DNA of 64,000 bases from assembly GCA_965223155.1 (NCBI GenBank), contig CBDCVR010000015.1, positions 640,001-704,000 on the forward strand, in the 5' to 3' direction. The notes beneath the pieces were generated by a model, which was not told the DNA's origin, did not search any database, and worked only from the letters and a program-made list of their open reading frames with translations. The position numbers and the translations under genes are program-made. Origin of the DNA: Candidatus Multivoradales bacterium. Lineage in GTDB: Bacteria > Acidobacteriota > Thermoanaerobaculia > Multivoradales > JAHEKO01. Every line of letters starts with the position of its first letter. The first letter of the stretch is position 1. This document shows, piece by piece, positions 1 through 13,638 of this stretch.

Positions 1-2
1 GG

Positions 3-377
3 CGGCGCCGGGTCGAGGACGGAGCGCTTCATCCCAAAGCCGTCAAACAGGAGCTCGCCCACCGGCTGACCGCGCGCTACGCGAGCCCCGCCGAGGCCGA
101 CGCCGCCCAAGCCGAGTTCGAGACTGTCTTCGCCCAGGGCGGCCTGCCGGACGAGGTGCCCGAGCGAACGCTGCCCGGACCCGCGCCACTGGCCAAGGCA
201 TTGGCGGCCCTCGACCTCGCGGCCAGCAACAAGGAAGCGGTCCGGCTGGTGCGCCAGGGCGCGGTAACCGTGGACGGCGCACGCGTCGACGACCCGTTTG
301 CCGAGCTCGCGGCGCGGCCCGAAGGCTACCTGCTCAAGGTCGGAAAGCGCCGGTTCGTAAAGCTGACGCTCGAGTGA
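3..377 (+). CDS. tyrS: Tyrosine--tRNA ligase, C-terminal part (5' truncated by window edge)
   Basis: Open frame from base 3 reads HPKAVKQELAHRLTARY...AEFETVFAQGGLPDE, followed by an S4-like domain (SNKEAVRLVRQGAVTVDG...LLKVGKRRF). Confidence 0.93.
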   Translation, partial: RRRVEDGALHPKAVKQELAHRLTARYASPAEADAAQAEFETVFAQGGLPDEVPERTLPGPAPLAKALAALDLAASNKEAVRLVRQGAVTVDGARVDDPFAELAARPEGYLLKVGKRRFVKLTLE

Positions 378-507
378 CCCGAGGCAGCAGAGGCGGCGGA
401 GGCGGCGGAGCCGGGCGAGGCACCAGAGCCGTCAGACCGGGCGACCCAGACGGCGCCGGCTCGTGGCCAGATCGGCCAGATCGGGGACTTCGGGGAGATC
501 GGAGCCA

Positions 508-1485
508 GTGATCCAGGCGCGCGCCCGCTACTTCGGCAAGGCCCCGGCGGCCTACGCCGAGCTCAATCGGCAAGGTATCGGAGACACCGGTGCGGCCCCG
601 GCCGAGCCCGCTCCGGGCTCCGCCCAAGCGTTCGTCCGGGCGGCCACGGTTGGCGATCTCGCCTCGACCGTCCGAGTCGTGAGATTGCCGGGTCCGGCCC
701 GGGACGAGCTGCGCTCGAAGAGCCCGGCCGCCCTCGCCGAGCTCGCAGAGCTGCGCGCGGCCGGGTACCTCGCTGCCCTGCGCGGCGGCCGCGAGACGGA
801 TCTGGCGCGGCCGCTGGCGGCGGCGGCGCGCGGGTTCGCCCACGAGCGCTGCCCGAACCTCCGCGGTCTGGTGGAAGCGGTCGAGTCGGTCCTGGCCGGA
901 GGGCCGCTCTTTGTTCGGACGCTCAAGCTGGACCGCGCCCGGGCTTCGAGCACCGACCCCAGCGCCGAGCTCGCCCGGACCAACCTCCACTTCGATGCCG
1001 GCAAGAGCTGCCTTGCCGAGTACCGCGAGCCGATCTTTCAGTTCTATCTCAACGCCGGCCTCGAGCCGCGGCAGTTCCGGATCCTGCCGGTTCCCCGCCC
1101 GGAGCTCCTGGCCAGGGTCGCGGAGGCAACCGGCCGGGCGATCCCGGACCTCGACCACGATCCTCTGGACCGGGTCCTGGCCGAGTACCTTCAACGGGTT
1201 GATCCGGTTGAACAGGTCGAGCACGCGGAGGCCTCAGACAACGGCGAGCACTCGAAGCCGGAGGCTCGGCTCGAGTGGATCCCGGTGCCCTCCGGCTATC
1301 TCGCGGTCTTCGACGGGCGCACCTTCGCTCACGATGCCGGCAAGGGGGCCTTGCTGGGCGGCCGCTTCGAGCCCAGTCAGGAGCCCGACTTCGTCCTCGC
1401 CCTCGATACCGTCACCACCGGCTACCACGCCGGCCACTACCGGCCCGAGCTGCCGTTCTTCGAGGACACCGGCTTTTCCGCCTAG
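508..1485 (+). CDS. Hypothetical protein, possible non-heme Fe(II) dioxygenase (Kdo-hydroxylase-like)
   Basis: Long ORF with genome-like codon usage. Has LHFD (HxD), FQFYLN and FDGRTFAH (distal His). Start uncertain (GTG 463 or GTG 508). Confidence 0.55.
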   Translation: MIQARARYFGKAPAAYAELNRQGIGDTGAAPAEPAPGSAQAFVRAATVGDLASTVRVVRLPGPARDELRSKSPAALAELAELRAAGYLAALRGGRETDLARPLAAAARGFAHERCPNLRGLVEAVESVLAGGPLFVRTLKLDRARASSTDPSAELARTNLHFDAGKSCLAEYREPIFQFYLNAGLEPRQFRILPVPRPELLARVAEATGRAIPDLDHDPLDRVLAEYLQRVDPVEQVEHAEASDNGEHSKPEARLEWIPVPSGYLAVFDGRTFAHDAGKGALLGGRFEPSQEPDFVLALDTVTTGYHAGHYRPELPFFEDTGFSA

Positions 1486-1596
1486 GGGCCCCCGCCTCGA
1501 CACTGAAGCTCACCGACCCTGTCTGCGATACCCAGCCCGACCTGCTCTCGGTCCCGTATCCGAAGCTCCCGCCCGCTTCGGCGGCTCGAACCCGGA

Positions 1597-1974
1597 TCAG
1601 GGTCGAGCGACGATCGACTTGCGAATCCAAGCTTCGAGAACGGTGACGTCGCACGTGCCCTCTTCGAGGTGACCGATCAGGAACGAGGGAGCTGACTCGG
1701 CCTCGACCTCGAACTTCCAGCCATTGCGTCGGAGAAACACGTCGGTCGCAAGAAACGCTACCCGCTTGTTGGCATCCACGAACGGATGGCTCTTCAGCAG
1801 TGACTCGAACAGAGCCGCTGCCATCTGCGGCAGGTCGTCGTAGTACCCGGTTTGTGGTCGAAACAGAGCGCTCTCGAGAGCTCCCGGATCACGAAGCCCG
1901 CTGGAGCCGCCGAAGGCTTCCGTCAGCCGATCGCGAATCGCAATCGCCTCATCGACCGACAGAAACTCCGTCAT
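1597..1974 (-). CDS. doc: Death-on-curing (Doc/Fic family) type II toxin
   Basis: FGGSSGLRDPGALESALFRP and Doc-type motif HPFVDANKR; 125 aa. Confidence 0.92.
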   Translation of the reverse strand: MTEFLSVDEAIAIRDRLTEAFGGSSGLRDPGALESALFRPQTGYYDDLPQMAAALFESLLKSHPFVDANKRVAFLATDVFLRRNGWKFEVEAESAPSFLIGHLEEGTCDVTVLEAWIRKSIVARP

Positions 1975-2183
1975 TCGGCTGGTCGCCGGCCAAGCTCACG
2001 GTTCTCGGCGATCGAGTCCTCCAGGTGCTGCTGCACGACAGGCCGCACCCTTCTGCGACGCACGTAGTCCCGAATTGCCTCCGTCAGGAGACCCGAGATG
2101 CTCTGGTGCGACTCGTCGGCTAGCGCCTTGAGCTCCTCCCAGGCTGCCTTGTCTACCTTGGAACTGACCTTGATGGCTGCCAT
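1971..2183 (-). CDS. Putative ribbon-helix-helix antitoxin
   Basis: 70 aa with beta-strand then two helices (IKVSSKVD...WEELKALA...SISGLLTEAIRDYV); 4-bp ATGA overlap with the toxin gene. Confidence 0.8.
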   Translation of the reverse strand: MAAIKVSSKVDKAAWEELKALADESHQSISGLLTEAIRDYVRRRRVRPVVQQHLEDSIAENRELGRRPAE

Positions 2184-2195
2184 GCCCGGAGTGTG

Positions 2196-2209
2196 CTTGA
2201 CTTGTCAAG
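2196..2209. promoter_or_regulatory. Palindromic operator CTTGAC-TT-GTCAAG upstream of the toxin-antitoxin operon
   Basis: Perfect 6-bp inverted repeat 12 bp upstream of the antitoxin start, typical of TA autoregulation. Confidence 0.5.
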
Positions 2210-2229
2210 ACATGGACGTTTGGCGTCCA

Positions 2230-2595
2230 CTAGGGAGTCCGGAGGATCTTCTCCATCTTGCGTCCTCTCGCCAGCTCGTCTATCAACTTGTCCAGGTACC
2301 TGGCCTGCCGGGTCAACGGCGTTTCGATGTCTTCGATTCGATAGCCACAAATCGAGCCGGTGATCAAGCTCGCATTCGGGTTGAGGGTGGCCTCGGCAAA
2401 GAACTGTTCGAACGTAGCGCCGCTCTCGATCAGACGGTCTAGATCGTTCGCCTCGAAACCGGTCAGCCACGAAATGACCTGGTGCAGCTCCTCGACGGTT
2501 CGCCCCTTCTTCTCGACCTTCGCCACGTAGTGCGGGTAGACAGAACCGAACTTCAGGTTCGCGACGCGCTCATCGTGAGCTTTGGTGGTCGTCAT
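2230..2595 (-). CDS. DUF2200 family protein
   Basis: FGSVYPHYVAKVEKKGRT...LITGSICGYRIEDIETPL...RYLDKLIDELARG. Confidence 0.88.
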   Translation of the reverse strand: MTTTKAHDERVANLKFGSVYPHYVAKVEKKGRTVEELHQVISWLTGFEANDLDRLIESGATFEQFFAEATLNPNASLITGSICGYRIEDIETPLTRQARYLDKLIDELARGRKMEKILRTP

Positions 2596-2650
2596 AGCGG
2601 CGTGTTGATCTTACACCTGCCGAAGAAGCGCTCGTCGTCGTATCCGCCCG

Positions 2651-3442
2651 TGCCCCTTGGTCGGGGCATCTGACCTGAAACTAGGCGCCGCAGGTTGCGG
2701 CAGATGCCAGGCGCGGCGCCCGAGGACGGCAAAGGCGTGGTCCGCTACGCCAAGGGCGGCCGAGGGCCGCGCAAGACACCCTCTGCTCGGAGCATCTGAC
2801 CTGGAACCAGGCGCCGCAGGTTGCGGCAGATGCCAGGCGCGGCGCCCGAGGACGCCGGAGGCGTGGTCCGCTACGCCGACGCCGGCCGAGGGCCGCGCAA
2901 GACACCCTCTGCTCGGAGCATCTGACTTGGAACTAGGCGCCGCAGGTTGCGGCAGATGCCAGGCGCGGCGCCCGAGGACGCCGGAGGCGTAGTCCGCTAC
3001 GTCCCAGAGGACGGCCGAGGGCCGCCGCAAGACACCCCTTTGGCCGGGGCTTCTGACCTGGAACCAGGCGCCGCAGGTTGCGGCAGGTGCCAGGCGCGGC
3101 GCCCGAGGACGCCAAAGGCGTAGTCCGCTACGCCAAGGGCGGCCGAGGGCCGCGCAAGACACCCTCTGCTCGGAGCATCTGACCTGGAACCAGGCGCCGC
3201 AGGTTGCGGCAGATGCCAGGCGCGGCGCCCGAGGACGCCGGAGGCGTAGTCCGCTACGCCGAGGGAGCCCGAGGGCCGTCGCAAGATGCCCTTTGGCCGG
3301 GGCTTCTGACCTGGAACTAGGCGCCGCAGGTTGCGGCAGATGCCAGGCGCGGCGTCCGAGGACGCCGGAGGCGTAGTCCGCTACGTCGAGGACGGCCGAG
3401 GGCCGCCGCAACGCCGCAGATGCCGTGACCTGCGGCGCCTAG
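2651..3442. repeat. Tandem array of six ~126-bp palindromic REP/MITE-like units
   Basis: TCTGAC anchor recurs at 2669, 2795, 2921, 3052, 3178 and 3305 (periods 126, 126, 131, 126, 127). The last unit (3317-3442) has 15-bp perfect terminal inverted repeats CTAGGCGCCGCAGGT. Confidence 0.95.
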
Positions 3443-4433
3443 TCCCAGGTGAGGGAGCCGCCGGTCTGATACTCAGTGACTCTGGTCTCGAAGAAGTTCT
3501 TCTCCTTCGAAAGATCCGTCGCCTGGGACATCCAGGGAAAGGGATTTTCCCGTCCGTAGCGCTTGGCGAGCTCCAGCCGCTCGAGGCGCCGGTCGGCGAT
3601 GTATTCGACGTACTGGCAGAACTTCTCGGGATTGATCCCCAGGAGACCTTCGGGGCAGGCGTCGAAGGCGTAGCGCTTCTCATACTCGACGGACTCCTCG
3701 ACCAGGGACACGACCTCGTCCTTGAAGCTCGACGTCCAGACCTCCGGATTCTCTTTCTTGATCGTGTTGATGAGGTCGCAGCCGAAGGCCAGATGCAGGC
3801 TCTCGTCACGCATGATGTATTCGAACTGCTCGCCAATTCCGACCATCTTGTTCTGACGCTTCAGAGCCAGCATCATGGCGAAGCCGGCGTAGAAGAAGAT
3901 GCCTTCCATCAGGACGTAGAAGCCGACCAGGTCCCGCAGGAAAAGCTGGATATTCTCGGTGCCGTCGGTGACGAAGGTCGGGTCGAACACGGTCTTCGTC
4001 AGATCGACGACGAAGTTGTCTTTCTCCTCGATCGAGGGAATCGTCTTGTACATGTTGAAGACGTCGTCCGGATCGAGGCCCAGGGTGTCGCAGCAGTAGA
4101 TGAAGGTGTCGGTGTGAATGGCCTCTTCGAAGGCCTGGCGCAGGAGGTACTGGCGCGATTCGGGGTTGGTGATGTGGTTGTAGACCGCGAGCACGATGTT
4201 GTTGGCGGTCAGCGATTCGGCGGTCGAGAAGAACCCCAGGTTCCAGAGGATCATGCGCCGCTCGGTCTCGGACAGGACGTCTTTCGACTTCCACTGCTCG
4301 ACGTCCTTCTGCATCGAGACCTCTTCCGGGGTCCAGTTGTTGGCGACCCCGGACTTGTAGTACTCGCGCGCCCAGGGATAGGTGATGGGCAGGATCTTGT
4401 TGGGATCCGTCTTCGAGGAGTTGATGATTCCCA

Positions 4434-4434
<1 letters not shown>
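3439..4434 (-). CDS. nrdB: Ribonucleotide reductase beta subunit, class Ic (Mn/Fe) type
   Basis: FFSTAESL, EEAIHTDTF, EGIFFY, RDESLH and C-terminal NFFETRVTEYQ; TAATG overlap with the nrdA stop. Confidence 0.95.
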
Positions 4435-7235
<2,801 letters not shown>

Positions 7236-7434
7236 TGAGATTCTCCACTCGCTCCGCTAGGAATCGAAACGATCAAGGCGCCCACCGGCGCCGGGTTTCC
7301 GCTCGTTTTCAACCAAGGACCCGCCGTCTCACCCAGCCCCCCATTCCTTGAACCCTGAGCTACGTTCCTGGAAGGGCACCCCACCTCCTCGTCGTTTCGA
7401 GTCCCTCCCCGCCTTGTCTGAGGCGGGCGCGAAA

Positions 7435-7481
7435 GTACAAGATGTAGTCCCCTCTGTCAAGGCGACCACAATATCCTGTGG
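7435..7481. promoter_or_regulatory. Tandem NrdR boxes
   Basis: GTACAAGATGTAGTCC (7435-7450) and CCACAATATCCTGTGG (7466-7481) match acaCwAtATaTwGtgt, lie 31 bp apart and are upstream of nrdA. Confidence 0.85.
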
Positions 7482-7643
7482 TCTTGCTTGCACAGGACCC
7501 TGTGCAAACCGGGACCGGCGGAAATTTTTCTGTGTTGATCGCTACTTACCGAGACCCTTCGGAACCGGACGAAAGGCGCAAGGCGAGCGTAAAGTTCGGC
7601 CCAGACCGGGCCGTCTTGCCCTCAAAGTAAGGCTTTCTGTAAT

Positions 7644-8750
7644 CTATGGATTCAGGGCTTGTTGCGGGCCGGCAAAGACATGGTACGCGCGCTCGCGCAG
7701 CTCGAGTCGAACCGGACTTCCGACCGGCAGCGTCGCCGACGACAGCGAGCGGACTTCGACGCGCTCGCCGTTGGCCAGTTCCACCAGATCCAGCACGTCG
7801 TGGCCGAAGAATCGGCGATCCACCACGGTTCCGGCGATCCCGCCGCCCTGGGACCAGCGATGGACGATGAAGTCCTCGGGCCGCACGAAGACCACTCCAT
7901 CGCCGTCCGGCGCCTCGCAGGTGGCCTCCCCGAAAACCGACCGGAAGCGGCCCGAGACCACCTCGCATTCGAGCAGGCTGCCCTCGCCCAAGAAACCGGC
8001 GACTTCGGCCGAGACGGGATGGTGGTAGACGGCCTCGGGGGCGCCGGTCTGGACGATCCGGCCCGCCATCATGACCGCGACGACATCCGAGAAGCTCAGA
8101 GCCTCTTCCTGGTCGTGGGTAACCAGGATGGCGGAGAGCTCGGCCTTCTCGAGAATCGTTCGCACCTCATCGCGCACGCGCTCGCGAAGCGAAGCGTCGA
8201 GGCTCGCGAACGGCTCGTCCAGAAGCACCAGCTTGGGCCGCGGCGCCAGCGCCCGGGCCAGGGCCACTCGCTGCCGCTGGCCGCCCGAAAGCTGATCCGG
8301 GAAGCGATCGGCGTGGCCGTCTAGAGCGACCAAGGCCAGCACCTCGCGGATCCTTGCCTCCCGATCCGCTCGGCGGCGGATTCCATAGCCGACGTTGTCG
8401 AAGACGGTCAGGTGCGGGAAAAGCGCTCCCTCCTGAAAGACCATGCCGATGTTGCGCCGCTCCGGCGGAATCCAGGCTTCGAGCCGGTAAGCGCGGGCCG
8501 AGCCGTTGCCGGCCCCAGCATCCCTTCCAGCCGCCTCGACGACGACAGCGCCGGCAAACTCCACGCGCCCCGCATCCGGCTTCTCGAAGCCGGCGATGGT
8601 GCGAAGCAAAGTCGTCTTGCCGCAGCCGCTGGGTCCCACCAGGCCCACGATCTGGCGCTCGCCAACCGCAAGCGTCGCGCGCCGCACCGCCTCGACTCCG
8701 GGATAGGAGACGCAGACGCCGTCGACTCGAAGAAGATCGGTCGCGGCCAT
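7644..8750 (-). CDS. Fe(III)-type ABC transporter ATP-binding protein (FbpC-like)
   Basis: GPSGCGKT, LSGGQ, LLDEPF and TOBE-like tail; ATG at 8750 coupled to the permease stop. Confidence 0.92.
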   Translation of the reverse strand: MAATDLLRVDGVCVSYPGVEAVRRATLAVGERQIVGLVGPSGCGKTTLLRTIAGFEKPDAGRVEFAGAVVVEAAGRDAGAGNGSARAYRLEAWIPPERRNIGMVFQEGALFPHLTVFDNVGYGIRRRADREARIREVLALVALDGHADRFPDQLSGGQRQRVALARALAPRPKLVLLDEPFASLDASLRERVRDEVRTILEKAELSAILVTHDQEEALSFSDVVAVMMAGRIVQTGAPEAVYHHPVSAEVAGFLGEGSLLECEVVSGRFRSVFGEATCEAPDGDGVVFVRPEDFIVHRWSQGGGIAGTVVDRRFFGHDVLDLVELANGERVEVRSLSSATLPVGSPVRLELRERAYHVFAGPQQALNP

Positions 8751-10438
8751 CAGGCGGCGACCTCCCCGGCGGCCGGCCGAGCCTCGCGGGCGGCCGGGCG
8801 CGAGCTTGCCGGACCGCCGTCTCGAAGGACCGGCCTCAGAATCAGCGCGTAGACCGGCAACGCCGAGACTCCAACCAGAATCAAGGCCGGCAACGCAGCC
8901 TGGGAAAAGATGTTCTCTGACGCCGCCGTCCACACACGGGTGGCAAGGGTATCGAACCCGGTGGGCCGGAGGATCAGAGTCGCCGGCAGCTCCTTCATGG
9001 TGGTCAGAAACACCAGACCGGCGCCCGCGGCCAGACCCGGCCGGATGAGGGGCAGGGTCACGCGGCGCAGGACTCCGGCCGGTGAATCCCCCAGACTTCG
9101 TGCGGCTTCCTCGTACCGGCGATCCAGAGACAAGAGCGACGACCGAGTCGCCGCCAGGGCCTCGGGAAGAAAGCGAACCAAGTAGGCAAAGATGAGGACC
9201 GCCAAGCTTTGGTAGAGCGGCCGCGCCAGCCGGGTGGTCAGAAACACCAGAGACAGGGCCACCACGATGCCGGGCAAGGCATAGCCCGAGTAGGAGAGCC
9301 CGAGGACGGCCTGGGAGGCCTTGCCGCCGCGCGCGCTCCCGGGGCGCGTCCCGGGCCGGGTCGACCAGAGCGCGGCAGGCAGGGACAAGGCCACCGCCAC
9401 CAGAGCGGCCAGGGCGGCAACCCCGAGGGAGTTCACCGCGGCCTCACCCGCGATCTCGAGTGGATTGCCGACCCGTAGGGCGCGGACCGCCCAGTGCACG
9501 ATGACCGCGAGCGGTGCGACGAGATTGAGCAGCGCGATGGTGCCGACGCAGAGCAAGGCGGGAGCGCGCCAGCGTCCCAGCCGTACCGGCCGCGTCCTGC
9601 CGGCCGGCCTGGCGCCGCTCGTTCGCACGCGGCGGGCCAACCGGTTCTCGACCGCGATGACGACGAGCGTGGCCGCCACCAGCAAGCTCGCCAGAGCGGC
9701 CGCCACGGATCGATCGAAGAGCCCCTGATAGGCGTTATAGATCGACAGCGTAAAGGTATTGAAGCGAACGATCGACACCGCTCCAAAGTCGGACAGCGTA
9801 TAGAGCGCCACCAAGAGGCCGCCGCCGTAGAGGGCCGGGCGAAGCTGAGGCAAGGTCGCGGTCAGAAAGACGCCAAGCCGCCCGCGGCCCAAACTCCGGG
9901 CCGCTTCTTCGGTCGCCGGATCCACGGTCTTGAGCGCCCCGACGGTGAGCAAGAACACATAGGGGTAGGTAAAGAGCGCCAGCACCAGCCAGGCGCCGAC
10001 GAAGCCGTAGGCGAAACCGGGCAGGGTCTCCACTCCGGCAAAGGCCAGGGCTTTTTGCAGCCAACCGCGCGGCCCCCAGACCGCCACCCAAGAAAAGGCA
10101 GCGACATACGAAGGAAAGACCAGAGGCAGAGCCGCCGCCATCGCCCACAGCCGACGGGTGGGAAGATCGGTTCGGGTCACCAGCCAGGCGAGCAGGACCG
10201 CGAGCGGCACAGCCGTCGCCACCACCGCGCCCACCAAGAGGGCGGTCCGGCCGAAGAGCCGGACAGTCTGCTCGGCCAAGACGATCTCGGCGTAGCGCCG
10301 CCAGCCGATGCCGCCGACGCGCACCAGCAGGTAGAGAATCGGGACGTTGACCGCCGCCGCCGTCATGACCGCCAGCATCGCCGTCCACCCGAACCGGCGC
10401 CCGGTGCGCGGGCCGGCTGGGACGGACACGTCGGACAC
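8750..10438 (-). CDS. Fe(III)-type ABC transporter permease (FbpB-like)
   Basis: Two EEAARSLG motifs and many transmembrane segments. Confidence 0.92.
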   Translation of the reverse strand: MSDVSVPAGPRTGRRFGWTAMLAVMTAAAVNVPILYLLVRVGGIGWRRYAEIVLAEQTVRLFGRTALLVGAVVATAVPLAVLLAWLVTRTDLPTRRLWAMAAALPLVFPSYVAAFSWVAVWGPRGWLQKALAFAGVETLPGFAYGFVGAWLVLALFTYPYVFLLTVGALKTVDPATEEAARSLGRGRLGVFLTATLPQLRPALYGGGLLVALYTLSDFGAVSIVRFNTFTLSIYNAYQGLFDRSVAAALASLLVAATLVVIAVENRLARRVRTSGARPAGRTRPVRLGRWRAPALLCVGTIALLNLVAPLAVIVHWAVRALRVGNPLEIAGEAAVNSLGVAALAALVAVALSLPAALWSTRPGTRPGSARGGKASQAVLGLSYSGYALPGIVVALSLVFLTTRLARPLYQSLAVLIFAYLVRFLPEALAATRSSLLSLDRRYEEAARSLGDSPAGVLRRVTLPLIRPGLAAGAGLVFLTTMKELPATLILRPTGFDTLATRVWTAASENIFSQAALPALILVGVSALPVYALILRPVLRDGGPASSRPAAREARPAAGEVAA

Positions 10439-10460
10439 CTCGGAAAACCGACGGATCGAG

Positions 10461-11507
10461 CTAGCGAATCAGACCGCTGGCATCGATGGCCTGGAGGGTC
10501 TCGGCGAGCGCGCTCGAGACCGCGCCGAAATCCACCTCGGGGGTCCGAATCGCGGCCAGCTCGGGCAGACCCTCCGGCGCTTCGACGCCGGCAACCAGCG
10601 GATACTCGAAGGTCTCGACGGCGAAGTACCGCTGGGCCTCGTCTCCCAACAGAAACTCCACCAGCTGGCGCCCGGCCTCGGAGTCCCGGAGGAGCCCGAC
10701 TCCGGCGACGTTCACGAAACTGGAGGCCACGCCCTCGGGCATGAAAAAGTTCCGGGCAGTGACCTCCGGATTCTCGCTCTTGGCCCGCCACAGGTAGTAG
10801 TGGTTGACCAGGCCGAAGTCGATCTCCCCGGCGATGACGGCTTCGACGATCGCGCCGTTCTTGGGATAGGCCTGCGGCCGGCTGGAAGCGATCGCCGCGA
10901 GCACGGCGTCGGCGGCCGCGGCTCCCTCCGCCGCCCGCACCACCGCCATGTGTGCTTGGAACGATCCGTTGGTCGGGGCCACGCCGAAGCGACCCTGGTA
11001 CCGCGGCTCGCCCAGGGCTGCCAGCGTCGTCGGCAGCTCCTCGGGGACGATGCGAGACGGCTCGAAAACCACGCTCCGGGCCCGCCCCGAGACCCCCACC
11101 CAATCACCGCCGGGAGAGCGGTAGACGGCCGGCACTCGGTCGAGCAGCTCGCCGGCAAGTCGGCTCAAGCGGCCCGCCCCGGACAGCGCGCCCAGAGCCG
11201 CGGCGTCCTGGGACAGAAACGCATGGGCGGGGGAATGCTCGCCCTCTTCCAGAATCGTTGCCGCCAGCTCGGAAGTGCCGCCGTAGCGAACCTCGATCTC
11301 GACGCCCGTGGCCTCGCTGAACGAAGCCAGAAGCGGCGCCACCAGCGACTCGCTCCGGCCCGAATAGAGCACCAGGGGCTCGGCCGTCGCGGACTCCGGC
11401 GCTTCGTTCCGGCCGGCATCCGGCCCACAGGCGCCAAAAGCGACGAGCAGGGCCGGTACGGCGAGCAAGGCGTTCGACACGATCGGGACACGGCGAGGGC
11501 AGTTCAT
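10461..11507 (-). CDS. Fe(III) ABC transporter substrate-binding lipoprotein (FbpA/FutA-like)
   Basis: Lipobox-like FGAC, LYSGR, and GLVNHYY with the iron-binding tyrosine pair. Confidence 0.9.
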   Translation of the reverse strand: MNCPRRVPIVSNALLAVPALLVAFGACGPDAGRNEAPESATAEPLVLYSGRSESLVAPLLASFSEATGVEIEVRYGGTSELAATILEEGEHSPAHAFLSQDAAALGALSGAGRLSRLAGELLDRVPAVYRSPGGDWVGVSGRARSVVFEPSRIVPEELPTTLAALGEPRYQGRFGVAPTNGSFQAHMAVVRAAEGAAAADAVLAAIASSRPQAYPKNGAIVEAVIAGEIDFGLVNHYYLWRAKSENPEVTARNFFMPEGVASSFVNVAGVGLLRDSEAGRQLVEFLLGDEAQRYFAVETFEYPLVAGVEAPEGLPELAAIRTPEVDFGAVSSALAETLQAIDASGLIR

Positions 11508-11577
11508 CGGAAGTTGAGACCTTTCGGGAGTTGGGACGTTCCGCCGCTTCCCAAGGGGGTGCCACGGGCGGGCGGAG

Positions 11578-11607
11578 ATTCTGGACAGGATCAGTCCTAT
11601 TTGTCAA
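11578..11607 (-). promoter_or_regulatory. Sigma70-like promoter with overlapping GGAC-N7-GTCC inverted repeat
   Basis: Minus strand reads TTGACA-18 nt-CAGAAT; TAGGAC-tgatcct-GTCCAG lies in the spacer. Confidence 0.55.
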
Positions 11608-11692
11608 CGACGGCCGGCAACCGCACCACCGTCCAGGCTGCCTCCTGGGCCATCGCGCGGCGGTCGGATCCGCCCAGGCGTCAACCGGGTGC

Positions 11693-12084
11693 TCAGTCCG
11701 AGGACTCGTCCGATGACGAAGGATGCAGCCAGCGGTGAACCCGCAGCCGGAAGCGTTCCAGCATGTCCATGCCCTTCGGCCAGCGCACGAACACTCGCCG
11801 CAGCAGCCGGTAGACGGTCTCGCTGGCGACCGACAGCACCGCCGCGCCGGCCAGAATCGTCAGCACGCCCTGGATGCCGGGCAGGGCCAAGCCGGCGACG
11901 CCGACCAAGAGCAGGCTCCAGCCCACTACGAACGTCAAGATTCGAGTGCCTAGCGACAGACGCGGCAGCGCCGGCGTGGCGGACTCACGGTCGCCGGCTT
12001 CCGGCGGTTCACCGGCGTCGGCGTTGCCCGGGGCCGGTCGGGCGCCTTGACGCCCCTCATCTTCGCCGCCCTCGCGGCCGGCGG

Positions 12085-12088
<4 letters not shown>
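11693..12088 (-). CDS. Small membrane protein (PGPGW-like family)
   Basis: GWSLLLVGVAGLALPGIQGVLTILAGAAVLS hairpin; overlaps the gltA stop. Confidence 0.65.
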
Positions 12089-13356
<1,268 letters not shown>

Positions 13357-13638
13357 GCAACATTTCCTTCTGAGGGACGCTGTCCTTCCGGCCGCGCGCG
13401 GGCGCCACCGACAAGACGGAAACCACGCGAACCGGGGCCGGAAATCTTACCGCCCGGCCGGCCCAGCGGCAACCGCGACCCGGGACCTCGGCGTGACGAT
13501 TCGGTGCCGGTTCGAGTCCATCGCCGGCCGCTGGCCCGCGCCACGTCCCAGGGCTTCGAGTGCCGAGGTCGCGGCCCGCGGCCCCCTGGGTCGAACGATG
13601 CCGACTGCCGGTACGAATCGTTTGGCTGGCAGCCCGTG

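Noticed and set aside
2651-3442. CRISPR array, or the repeat-protein ORFs 2611-3411 and 2657-2992
   Set aside because: Units are ~126 bp with recurring rather than unique variable parts, and no cas genes are present. The ORFs are translations of the DNA repeat that change frame between units
7236-7434. Cobalamin riboswitch in the nrdA leader
   Set aside because: No B12-box or AGGGAA/GCCACTG core could be found on the minus strand
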